This document shows positions 1-8,373 of a stretch of 61,132 nucleotides of DNA, piece by piece. A model generated the notes under the pieces. That model did not search any database. It was not told where the DNA came from and was given only the letters and a program-made list of their open reading frames with translations. The stretch covers positions 1 through 61,132 of the forward strand of contig JAAZND010000102.1 in the NCBI GenBank assembly GCA_012798485.1, read 5' to 3'. The translations under genes and the position numbers were made by a program. Source of the DNA: Candidatus Beckwithbacteria bacterium. Lineage in GTDB: Bacteria > Patescibacteriota > Microgenomatia > UBA1400 > UBA1449. The first letter of the stretch is position 1; each line of letters begins with the position of its first letter.

Positions 1-86
1 GTATGACTACTTGTCTCTATCATCTTAACTATATCTTATCAAATGACTTAAGCTTTACGTTTTTGTGCTCATTGATTGCATTCATC

Positions 87-111
87 CCTCGCACTTACAG
101 TGCGGGGTTTT
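87..111 (+). terminator. Candidate intrinsic-terminator hairpin in plus-strand orientation, overlapping the 3' end of the minus-strand HD gene
   Basis: cctcgcact (87-95) pairs with agtgcgggg (99-107): 9 bp including one G-U, 3-nt loop, followed by TTTT at 108-111. No plus-strand ORF of 60 aa or more lies upstream inside the window, so what it would terminate is unknown. Confidence 0.3.
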
Positions 112-487
112 CTGCAATGGTTATAAATTCTGGATTATCATGAACCGAAATTATTTCACAGATTATTTTAATTTTTTCTTCACTAAAATTTAATTTTAAT
201 AATACCTTTTTGGCTAATTCAGCTCCATATTGCATATGAATTTTCTTGATTTTATTAGCCCAATGTATTTTTTTCTCTTGCTTAGAAAATTTAGAATAAC
301 CAATATCATGTAATAAAGCCGCAACCATCATTACTTCTTGATCTAAATCAGAATATTCTTTCAATAAATATTGCATCATTTTAGCAACTACTAAATGATG
401 CAAATCATCAGCTTCTCGTCCTTTTTTATAATAAGGAAGGGCAATATTATAAATATCTTGATATTTCTTATTTAAATTATAATTCAT
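95..487 (-). CDS. HD-domain metal-dependent phosphohydrolase (small, single domain)
   Basis: 130-aa ORF with ATG start and TAA stop. Contains the HD motif LLHDIGY and a later VHDN, typical of the HD superfamily. Confidence 0.7.
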   Translation of the reverse strand: MNYNLNKKYQDIYNIALPYYKKGREADDLHHLVVAKMMQYLLKEYSDLDQEVMMVAALLHDIGYSKFSKQEKKIHWANKIKKIHMQYGAELAKKVLLKLNFSEEKIKIICEIISVHDNPEFITIAENPAL

Positions 488-502
488 TTAAACTATTTTT
501 AA

Positions 503-1639
503 TTATGTTTCTAAAGTTTGCTTCCCACATTTTTCCCAACTAATCTTTTGTGCCTGTTTTTTGCCTTTAAAAATCAAGTCTTTTCTTTTATCCTCTGTTA
601 ATTGTAGCATTTTTATTAAACTTTGATAAATATTCTCAGTACTTTGCGGTTTTTCGATGTAGGCAATTGCTTCTCCTCCAATTTCCGGTAAAGACGAAAC
701 ATGACTTGCCAAAACTAACACGCCAAGTGTCATCGCTTCCAAAACCGGAATACCAAAGCCTTCATAAAGAGAAGGTAAAACCAGACAATAAGCATGTTTT
801 AAAAGTTGAATTTTCTCATATTCTGAGACAAACCCCGTAAAAATAATTTCTTTACTAAGCCCTAATTCTTTGACCTTGGCAAAAATATTTTCATAGAGCC
901 AACCTTTTTTCCCAACAATAATTAATTTTAATTTTCTATAATCTTCACTTTTTTTCATTTGAGCAAACGCTTCAATTAATCGAATTAGATTTTTACGAGG
1001 TTGCAATGTTCCAATATAGAGCAGATATTTTGACTGAAGATCAAAATTGATGGCAAATTTTTGAAAACTTTCATCCTGTTCATCATGTTCAAGTTTTTTA
1101 TAATCAAAACCAAGATAAGTAACAGTAATTTTATCTTCTGTAATTTGATAGTTTTCTATAATATCTTTTTTGGTCGCCTCTGAAATTGCAAAAATATGTT
1201 TAGCATTTTTGACACTATATTTTGTCCAAGCAACCAATTGATTCAAATCTTTGGATAAAAATTCATTTGGGAATTTAAGAAAAGCTAAATCCATAATACT
1301 GACGACTGTTGGAATCGGTGAAAATCGCGGTGCATAATGGCCCGGAGTAAAAAAAAGACTTGGTAAACTTTTACCTAATTTCTCTTGATAAAGCTTCAGT
1401 GGCAAACGCCATTGAGTCCAAAGTATGGAAGGCCCAAAAATTTCATAATTCCAAGCTTGGTCAACTTTTGGAAAATCAGTTTGAAAATATTCTTTAAGAT
1501 AAATTTTAAATTTCAGATCCTTATTTTCTTTGGTTAAATGATAAAGTTGCCACAAAATTTCATAAGCATAAATATTTGAGCCAACGCGATTCTCAAGATT
1601 TGCTTCATTGCCATCAATACCGATAAACATAAATTTCAT
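503..1639 (-). CDS. Glycosyltransferase, GT-B fold (GT4-like)
   Basis: 378-aa ORF with EGFGIPVLEAM (E-x7-E region) near the C-terminus. ATG lies 7 nt after the upstream stop. Confidence 0.8.
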   Translation of the reverse strand: MKFMFIGIDGNEANLENRVGSNIYAYEILWQLYHLTKENKDLKFKIYLKEYFQTDFPKVDQAWNYEIFGPSILWTQWRLPLKLYQEKLGKSLPSLFFTPGHYAPRFSPIPTVVSIMDLAFLKFPNEFLSKDLNQLVAWTKYSVKNAKHIFAISEATKKDIIENYQITEDKITVTYLGFDYKKLEHDEQDESFQKFAINFDLQSKYLLYIGTLQPRKNLIRLIEAFAQMKKSEDYRKLKLIIVGKKGWLYENIFAKVKELGLSKEIIFTGFVSEYEKIQLLKHAYCLVLPSLYEGFGIPVLEAMTLGVLVLASHVSSLPEIGGEAIAYIEKPQSTENIYQSLIKMLQLTEDKRKDLIFKGKKQAQKISWEKCGKQTLET

Positions 1640-1646
1640 GCTAAAT

Positions 1647-2765
1647 TTATTTCAGCATCTCCATTTTTTGATAAAGTTCTAAAGTTTGCCTAGCCATTTT
1701 TTCAAAACTAAATTGTTCTGCCCTTCGCAAACTTTTTTCTTGTAGATTTTTTTTGAGTTTACTATTTTCTAAAATTTTTTTCATTGCAGCTGCAATTTCT
1801 GCAACTTTTTTAGGGCTTATTAAAATTCCCGCATCATCAACAATTTCAGGCAAAGAAGAAAGGTTTGAAGTAATCACTGGTAAACCGCATTGCATAGCTT
1901 CAAGAACCGGCAAACCAAAGCCTTCATAAAAAGATGGATAAGCAAACATTTCGGCTCCATTGTATAAATATGGTAAATCCTGATCGGAAACAAAGCCGGT
2001 CAAAATAATATTCTGCTGTTTTACCAGATCTTCTCCCCAACCAAATTTTCCTACTAAAACTAATTGATAATCAGATAAATTTAGAGCTTGAAAAGCCTGA
2101 ATCACTGACTTCAGATTTTTCCTTGGCTCCAAAGTACACACGCTTAAAATATATTTTTTACTGATATTGTACTTATTTTTAATTTTTTCTATTTTTGCTT
2201 GATCTTTTATCTTATGAAAATTTTCACTTGCGCCTTCATAGATGACTGAAGTTTTTTCTTTGTTTATTTTGGTAAATTTTAAGAGATCTTTTTGTGTTGC
2301 TTTGGACACACAAATGACATGCTCACACTCTTTTTCAATCAATTTTAAATTATGTTCAAAGTTAAAAACAATTTTGGGATCATGATAATCACTATAAATA
2401 ATAGGGGTAAAATCATGTATTGTCGTAATCTTAATCCCAGATTGAAACGGTGGCTGACTCCAGTCGGAAGTATGAAAAATGTCAACATGTCCAATAAAAT
2501 TATTAACTGGCAAAAAATGAAGCTGATTCCAAATTAAACTTGCTACCTGTGGCGGAAAAAACTTGATATAAGCTTGGTAAGATAACTTTTCTCTATCTAA
2601 TTCCTTTAAAAATTTCTCAATTTCTTCTTTTTGTCTAAAAACACCAGCAAATAATTTATATTGATTGTTTTTATCAATGCGCAACAAATTTTTGACCAAT
2701 TCTCTGGTATAACGGGAAACGCCAGTCTGATAAACAATCTGTGAAATATCGATGCCTATAATCAC
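1647..2765 (-). CDS. Glycosyltransferase, GT-B fold (GT4-like)
   Basis: Motif EGFGLPVLEAMQCGLPVITS. The ORF track gives 1647-2801 from a TTG. GTG at 2765 gives the typical N-terminus (M)IIGIDISQ and sits 1 nt after the stop of the small ORF ending at 2767, so the 5' end is uncertain by 36 nt. Confidence 0.75.
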   Translation of the reverse strand: MIIGIDISQIVYQTGVSRYTRELVKNLLRIDKNNQYKLFAGVFRQKEEIEKFLKELDREKLSYQAYIKFFPPQVASLIWNQLHFLPVNNFIGHVDIFHTSDWSQPPFQSGIKITTIHDFTPIIYSDYHDPKIVFNFEHNLKLIEKECEHVICVSKATQKDLLKFTKINKEKTSVIYEGASENFHKIKDQAKIEKIKNKYNISKKYILSVCTLEPRKNLKSVIQAFQALNLSDYQLVLVGKFGWGEDLVKQQNIILTGFVSDQDLPYLYNGAEMFAYPSFYEGFGLPVLEAMQCGLPVITSNLSSLPEIVDDAGILISPKKVAEIAAAMKKILENSKLKKNLQEKSLRRAEQFSFEKMARQTLELYQKMEMLK

Positions 2766-2766
2766 T

Positions 2767-2964
2767 TTATTTTTTAATTTTAGTAAAAAAGCTAAAATCA
2801 AATTTTTTAAAAATTTTGATTATTCCATACCATAAAATTAACAAAATTGGCGTTCCAGGCAGTAGAAACAAAATAAACAAAATTAAAATCCTATACCATG
2901 GTCCTTTAAAAAAATAACGATATATTTTTTCAATCGAATAAAAAAGGATATTCCTATTCTTCAT
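2767..2964 (-). CDS. Hypothetical small membrane protein (65 aa)
   Basis: ATG at 2964 (track ORF starts at TTG 2970). One strongly hydrophobic segment, ILILFILFLLPGTPILLILWYGII. It fills the gap between a GT-C gene and a GT4 gene. No family recognised. Confidence 0.3.
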   Translation of the reverse strand: MKNRNILFYSIEKIYRYFFKGPWYRILILFILFLLPGTPILLILWYGIIKIFKKFDFSFFTKIKK

Positions 2965-4441
2965 ATGCAAAAAGTCTTTTGTAATTTACTAAATATTTTA
3001 AAACCAAATCGCCTTGAAAATGTTTCTCCTCAACCACTTCATAACCATAATTATTGACTAACTTCTCTTCCGTATGATTGTCTGGTTCAAAAATTGGTTG
3101 ACTATATTTGATTAACCAAATTTTATTCTCCAGTTTATTTTGCTCAATTTCTTTGTAATCTATCAACTGATGTTTGTCTCTGTCATAATACCAAAAAGGC
3201 CGAGAAACTTCACTTAGGATTATTACTTGAGAAGAAACATCTCTTTGCTTGATAAACTCGACTAAACTGCGCCAGTCTTCGCGATGAAAAACAGGATTAA
3301 AAAGATAAGTAAAGCTGCAATAAGCGCTAATTACTAAAAAAATAATATAAATTCCTTCCATTTTTTTAACACTAAAATCTTTAAGGCAATAAATCAAAAG
3401 CAAGTAAAAAGCTGGGGCAAGATATAAAAAGCGAAAATAAGTAAAAACAGATACTTTAAGAGAAACAATTATTCCTAGCAAAACTGGAATTACAAGCCAA
3501 GCCAGTAAAAAGAAAAAATAAAAAGTGTCGTTGCGAGTATCGCTTTGGAAAGACGTGATAATCTTATTCTTTATTGTTTTAATTATGAGAAAACCGAAAA
3601 GCAAAAATGGAATCGAAAGTAAAAGCAAAGTCCAAAGATTAAAATCGAGAGGTAAGCGGCCAATCAAAATTTTTGTCGGAATCAAAGCCAATTGGCGTAA
3701 TGAAAAAGTGCTCAAGTTTTGCCAAACAGCTAAACTGCCAGCAGTATTTTGTCCAATTTGCAGTTGACTAAAAAGAATTGATAAAAGCAAAATGATTGAT
3801 AAAAGAGGTAAAAATATAATTTTTAATTTATTAGATAATTCTTTTTTATCTTGATAAGAAAATAAACATAATAGTAATAACTGAGTTGGCCAAATAAACC
3901 AAGCTACATAATGAGACCAAAACATTAGTGAAGTCGCAAAAAAATATTTTAATGCATGAACAATTAGCAACCTGTTCTTTAAAATCATAATTTGCAAAAA
4001 TTCATACATTGACCAAGTACTAAAAAAAACAGCCAAGCTGTAAGGACGAGCTTCTTGGGAATAAAAAATTAACAATGGTGCAAGAGAAACAAGAAGTATT
4101 CCAAAATAAATTAAATCTACATTTTTATGTTTAGCTAAGATAAAATTTAAAATTTTGTAACTGAAAAAAACCACCCCCACTCCAGCCAAAACCGAAGGCA
4201 AACGCAAAACTATCTCATTATCACCAAAAAATTTAACAAAAACAAAAGTCAAAATATGCGATAATGGCGGATTGAAATCAGCCTTGAGATATTCAAACAC
4301 TAAATTTTTGAAAGAATATGTTTGTATCGCCCAAGCTTGAATCGCTTCATCTAGCCATAAAGATTGATTAAGAGCAATAAGTCGAATTAAAAAGGCAAAA
4401 ATTAGAATAGAGATAATAATTAAATTATTTTGTAATCTCAT
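2954..4441 (-). CDS. GT-C fold membrane glycosyltransferase (ArnT/PMT, GT39/GT83-like)
   Basis: Multi-TM ORF with an N-terminal loop motif SLWLDEA and a soluble C-terminal domain. Track start 4477 is TTG; the first ATG is at 4441 (MRLQNNLII...). Confidence 0.65.
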   Translation of the reverse strand: MRLQNNLIIISILIFAFLIRLIALNQSLWLDEAIQAWAIQTYSFKNLVFEYLKADFNPPLSHILTFVFVKFFGDNEIVLRLPSVLAGVGVVFFSYKILNFILAKHKNVDLIYFGILLVSLAPLLIFYSQEARPYSLAVFFSTWSMYEFLQIMILKNRLLIVHALKYFFATSLMFWSHYVAWFIWPTQLLLLCLFSYQDKKELSNKLKIIFLPLLSIILLLSILFSQLQIGQNTAGSLAVWQNLSTFSLRQLALIPTKILIGRLPLDFNLWTLLLLSIPFLLFGFLIIKTIKNKIITSFQSDTRNDTFYFFFLLAWLVIPVLLGIIVSLKVSVFTYFRFLYLAPAFYLLLIYCLKDFSVKKMEGIYIIFLVISAYCSFTYLFNPVFHREDWRSLVEFIKQRDVSSQVIILSEVSRPFWYYDRDKHQLIDYKEIEQNKLENKIWLIKYSQPIFEPDNHTEEKLVNNYGYEVVEEKHFQGDLVLKYLVNYKRLFAYEE

Positions 4442-4728
4442 TACAGTTTTATTATAATGGAAAATAAAAGATTTCAATAGTTCTCACTTTAATTTAGTTA
4501 TTTATAATTTAAAATTTCTACTGTAAGATGTCATTGCAATATATTAACGATTTTGATATGTTTAAATCCATGAAAACAACCCATATTCTTCAAATAAAAA
4601 TGCTTTATTCTAATTTTTTTACATTATTTCAAAATTCAGAAAAATTACTTTTCCTAAAAATAAATTTTCAACCTAAGGAGGAGCTTTAACTGTAAATAGT
4701 AAAAAATATTTACTTAAAGAAAAATCAT

Positions 4729-5508
4729 ATGAAAGTTATTATTCTTTGCGGTGGTCAAGGAACTAGGTTAAAAGAAGAAACAGAATTTAAACCAAAACCG
4801 ATGGTTTATGTCGGCAATAAACCTATTTTATGGCATATCATGAAAATTTATTCTCATTTTGGCTTTAACGAGTTTATTTTAGCTCTAGGTTATAAAGCAG
4901 ATTATATAAAAAATTTTTTCTTAAATCAGAAAGCTCTTACTTCAGATTTTACTTTACACACTAATAATTTTAAAACTCAATATCATATGGAAAATCGGGA
5001 AGATGTTGATAATTTTAAAATTACTTTTGTTGATACTGGTCTAGAAACCTTACCTGGAGAAAGAATTTTAAGATGTAAAAAATATATTCCCAAAGAAGAT
5101 AAACTTTTTATGGTGACTTACGGTGATGCTGTGACAGATTTAAATATTAAAAGCTTATTAAAATTTTATAAAAAACAAAAAACAATTGGAGTAATTACTG
5201 GAGTTCATCCAAGATCAAAATATGGCGTAGTAATAGTAGATTCAAATAATAAAGTCAAAAACTTTTCTGAAAAACCAATTTTAAAAGATTGGGTTAATGC
5301 TGGTTTTATGATATTTAATAAAAAAGTTTTTGATTATATAAAAAGAGAAGAAAGTGAACACCCTGCTCTGCAAAGATTGTCAAAGGAAAAACAATTATCT
5401 TTTTATAAACATGATGGTTTTTGGGCTTGTATGGACACTCATAAAGAATTTATGGATTTAAATGCCTGGTGGAAAGAAAAACAACCACCTTGGAAAATTT
5501 GGAAATAA
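4729..5508 (+). CDS. rfbF: Glucose-1-phosphate cytidylyltransferase
   Basis: 259 aa with end-to-end resemblance to RfbF/DdhA: MKVIILCGGQGTRL, KPKPMV, GNKPILWHIMK, GFWACMDT, and a PPWKIW C-terminus. Confidence 0.9.
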   Translation: MKVIILCGGQGTRLKEETEFKPKPMVYVGNKPILWHIMKIYSHFGFNEFILALGYKADYIKNFFLNQKALTSDFTLHTNNFKTQYHMENREDVDNFKITFVDTGLETLPGERILRCKKYIPKEDKLFMVTYGDAVTDLNIKSLLKFYKKQKTIGVITGVHPRSKYGVVIVDSNNKVKNFSEKPILKDWVNAGFMIFNKKVFDYIKREESEHPALQRLSKEKQLSFYKHDGFWACMDTHKEFMDLNAWWKEKQPPWKIWK

Positions 5509-5512
5509 GCTT

Positions 5513-6589
5513 ATGAATATTTATCATGGTAAAAACGTTTTAGTCACAGGAGGAACCGGTTTTGTCGGCTCTCATCTCGTTGAAGAACTTATTAAACTTG
5601 GAGCACATGTTGTCACTACTTATGAATATATTGATCCTAAATCTTATTTTATTACCAAAGGACTTGATAAAAATACAGTCATGGCTAAAGTAGATATTAG
5701 AAATTTTGATGCCGTCTTTGATCTTGTCACTAAACTTAATACTGAATTTATTTTTCATCTGGCTGCTCAGGCCATTGTTGAAACTGCTTATTACAATCCT
5801 CGCTGGACACTGGAATCAAATATTAATGGCACAATTAATATTGTGGAAAGCGGGAGACTCTTTCCCAAAGTAAAAGCTATTATCGTAGCTTCATCAGACA
5901 AAGCTTATGGAAAACTATGTAAAAAAATGTATATGGAAACGGATGCTTTGTGTGGCGATCATCCTTATGATGTCTCAAAATCTGCCACTGATCTTATTGC
6001 TCATAGCTATTTCGTCACTTATGGATTGCCAGTTGTCACAACTAGATTTGGCAATATCTATGGCGAGGGTGATTTAAATATGTCAAGGATTATTCCTGGT
6101 ATTATGAATACAATAATTAACAAAAATGTTTTGGAATTAAGAAGTAATGGAAAATTTGTAAGAGATTATTTATATGTAAAAGATGTCGTAGCAGGATATC
6201 TACTCCTTGCTGAAAAAATAGAAGAAGCAAAAGGTGAAGCCTATAATTTTGGGTCAGAAGAAAATTTATCAGTCATAGATTTAATTAAAGAAATCGAAAA
6301 AGCTTTAAATTTAAAAATTCCTTATAAAATTTTAAACACTGCTAAAAATGAAATTCCTAATCAAGCTTTGGACTGTAAAAAAATCAAGGCTTTGGGCTGG
6401 AAACAAAAACAAATGATAAAAGATACCATGCAATCAATTTTGTTATGGTATAAATCATACTTAAAAGGAGAAATTTCTTTCCCAATAAAAAATAATATAA
6501 ATCAACCAACGGAAAAAGAAGATAAAATAGTAAAAACCCAATTTACCATGTCTTCACCAAAAATTATTTATCTTGCTCCCAGACAATAA
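5513..6589 (+). CDS. rfbG: Extended-SDR sugar-nucleotide 4,6-dehydratase, probably CDP-glucose 4,6-dehydratase
   Basis: Rossmann motif TGGTGFVGSH, SSDKAYG, and the YDVSK catalytic Y-x3-K. ATG lies 5 nt after the rfbF stop. The track start at 5462 overlaps rfbF and was rejected. The substrate call rests mainly on position next to rfbF. Confidence 0.65.
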   Translation: MNIYHGKNVLVTGGTGFVGSHLVEELIKLGAHVVTTYEYIDPKSYFITKGLDKNTVMAKVDIRNFDAVFDLVTKLNTEFIFHLAAQAIVETAYYNPRWTLESNINGTINIVESGRLFPKVKAIIVASSDKAYGKLCKKMYMETDALCGDHPYDVSKSATDLIAHSYFVTYGLPVVTTRFGNIYGEGDLNMSRIIPGIMNTIINKNVLELRSNGKFVRDYLYVKDVVAGYLLLAEKIEEAKGEAYNFGSEENLSVIDLIKEIEKALNLKIPYKILNTAKNEIPNQALDCKKIKALGWKQKQMIKDTMQSILLWYKSYLKGEISFPIKNNINQPTEKEDKIVKTQFTMSSPKIIYLAPRQ

Positions 6590-6629
6590 AAATTGTTTTC
6601 TAATTTAGTGATTCTTCAATTTCTTTCAT

Positions 6630-8372
6630 TTATTCTTTACTTAAAAATGGAAACATTTCATTGATTGGCAAAGACATCATTTTTCCATTTTCATCTTTTC
6701 TCGATGAGACAGTCAAAATATCCTGCCAATATGGACAAACAATCTCGCAAATTACAGTTTCTTTAAGTTCTAAAATATCTTTAATTTTTTTTAAATCTTG
6801 AGTTTTATTGATTTTAAAATATTTTATTCCATAAGCTTTGGCAATTTTTTGAGTTTCTGGAATATAAACTCCAGATTTTAAGCCTTCACCAATCAATCTT
6901 TGATTAAAGAAATTTTTTTGCGTGATACGAATTGCAAGATATCCTTGGTTGTTAATCACAAAAATTTTTGCCGGAATTTTATGATGAAAAATTGAAGCCA
7001 ACTCATGAATATTCATCTGAAAAGAACCGTCTCCAGTAATACAAATAATATTATTCTTTGGGCTAGCTGCCCACACTCCCAAAATAGCAGGCAAGTTATA
7101 ACCCATAGTTAAAGTTGCTCCAGGGATGATAAATCTCTGATTTTTTTTGATTTTTAATGTTTGGGTTGTAATATAAGCTGTCACACCAGCATCTGTAATA
7201 ATATGATCTCCTTTTTTGGAAAACTGAGAAATGGCATTAATAGCATGATACATATTGACCAGCTTCTTTTGGGGTTTCGGCAAAAATAAACTATATTTCT
7301 TTTTTATAATTTGACACTTCTTAAGCCACTCTTGTTTATTTTGAATTGATTTAGCATGGACTAAAATTTTTTCTAAAAAATATTTAGCATCAGATAAAAT
7401 CAGTTTATCTATTTTGATAGTATTCTTACTGTGTTCTAATGGATCGACATCAATTACTATTTTTTTGGCTTTTGGCGCCCATTTATCATATTCATGTCCG
7501 GTAAAAGGGACTGCTAATCTAGTGCCAACAGCTAAAATTAAATCAGAATCCTGAATAATAATATTTCCTGCTCTATCTCCTTTTGTTCCTCCATGACCAA
7601 TATAATTGGGATGATCATATTCCAAAAGATCAATTCCCATATCTGGCGTCACTACTGGAATTTTAGTTTTTTCAACTAACTTTCTAAAAATTTCTACAGC
7701 GTTAGCTAATCTAACTCCTCCTCCAGCAATAATAATCGGTTTTTTGGCTTTTTTAAGTAAAGTAAATACTTCCTCAATCTTTTTTTGACTTGCTTGTGGT
7801 TTATTGTTTTGTTTAATTATCTTGCTTTTTAATTTTTTCTCATCAATTAAAGCTCCTGCCACATCTGAGGGAATATCAAGCCATACCGGCCCAGGACGAT
7901 CAGACAACATTTCACAATAAGCTTTATCAAGTTCCTGTTTAATATCTTCCGGGTTTTCCACTACAGCAGCATATTTAGTCAAAGATTTAACGACGGGAAT
8001 AATATTTACTTCCTGCACTCCAAATTGCCTTAATGGTTGAGGTTTAAGACTGGAAGACATTTGTGACTTCTTGGTTTGTGTAGAAATAAAAATTACTGAA
8101 ATAGAATTTTGCCATGCTTCCAAAAGCCCAGTAATCGCATTGGTTGAACCAGGACCAGAAGTGACAATTACCGCCCCAGGAACATTTTTGGTTTTAGCAT
8201 AAGCCTCAGCTGCCAAAGCACATGCTTGTTCATGATGACTACAAATATATTTAATTTTACCGTGAGCAATAGTAGCATCATTTAAAAACATCGCTCCACC
8301 ACCAGAAAGAGTAAAAATAGTTTCTGTACCATGACTGTAAATGTATTCGATAAGATAATCTGCTACTCTCAT
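6630..8372 (-). CDS. Thiamine-diphosphate-dependent enzyme of the acetolactate-synthase/YerE-like superfamily
   Basis: N-terminal Pyr domain (HEQACALAAEAYAK, VTSGPGSTN) and C-terminal ThDP motif GDGSFQMN...NNQGY. ATG 8372 (MRVADYLIEYI) lies 1 nt after the upstream stop. Track start 8477 would overlap the upstream gene by 104 nt. Confidence 0.8.
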   Translation of the reverse strand: MRVADYLIEYIYSHGTETIFTLSGGGAMFLNDATIAHGKIKYICSHHEQACALAAEAYAKTKNVPGAVIVTSGPGSTNAITGLLEAWQNSISVIFISTQTKKSQMSSSLKPQPLRQFGVQEVNIIPVVKSLTKYAAVVENPEDIKQELDKAYCEMLSDRPGPVWLDIPSDVAGALIDEKKLKSKIIKQNNKPQASQKKIEEVFTLLKKAKKPIIIAGGGVRLANAVEIFRKLVEKTKIPVVTPDMGIDLLEYDHPNYIGHGGTKGDRAGNIIIQDSDLILAVGTRLAVPFTGHEYDKWAPKAKKIVIDVDPLEHSKNTIKIDKLILSDAKYFLEKILVHAKSIQNKQEWLKKCQIIKKKYSLFLPKPQKKLVNMYHAINAISQFSKKGDHIITDAGVTAYITTQTLKIKKNQRFIIPGATLTMGYNLPAILGVWAASPKNNIICITGDGSFQMNIHELASIFHHKIPAKIFVINNQGYLAIRITQKNFFNQRLIGEGLKSGVYIPETQKIAKAYGIKYFKINKTQDLKKIKDILELKETVICEIVCPYWQDILTVSSRKDENGKMMSLPINEMFPFLSKE

Positions 8373-8373
8373 A

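Noticed and set aside
1-94. The left-edge 94 nt considered as the 3' end of a plus-strand gene or ncRNA terminated by the hairpin at 87-111.
   Set aside because: Only a 9-codon open frame reaches the edge (stop at 26-28), and the 46-codon ATG-initiated frame from position 3 has no motif. There is too little sequence to decide. Only the hairpin itself is reported, at low confidence.
4558-4689. A strong AAGGAGG at 4675-4681 in the divergent spacer upstream of rfbF, and a 43-codon ORF (ATG 4558 to TAA 4687-4689) that contains it.
   Set aside because: The SD-like sequence lies 48 nt from the rfbF ATG and has no start codon at a functional distance. The small ORF has no RBS of its own, no recognisable motif, and composition typical of AT-rich spacer. 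Not enough support to call a gene or a leader peptide.
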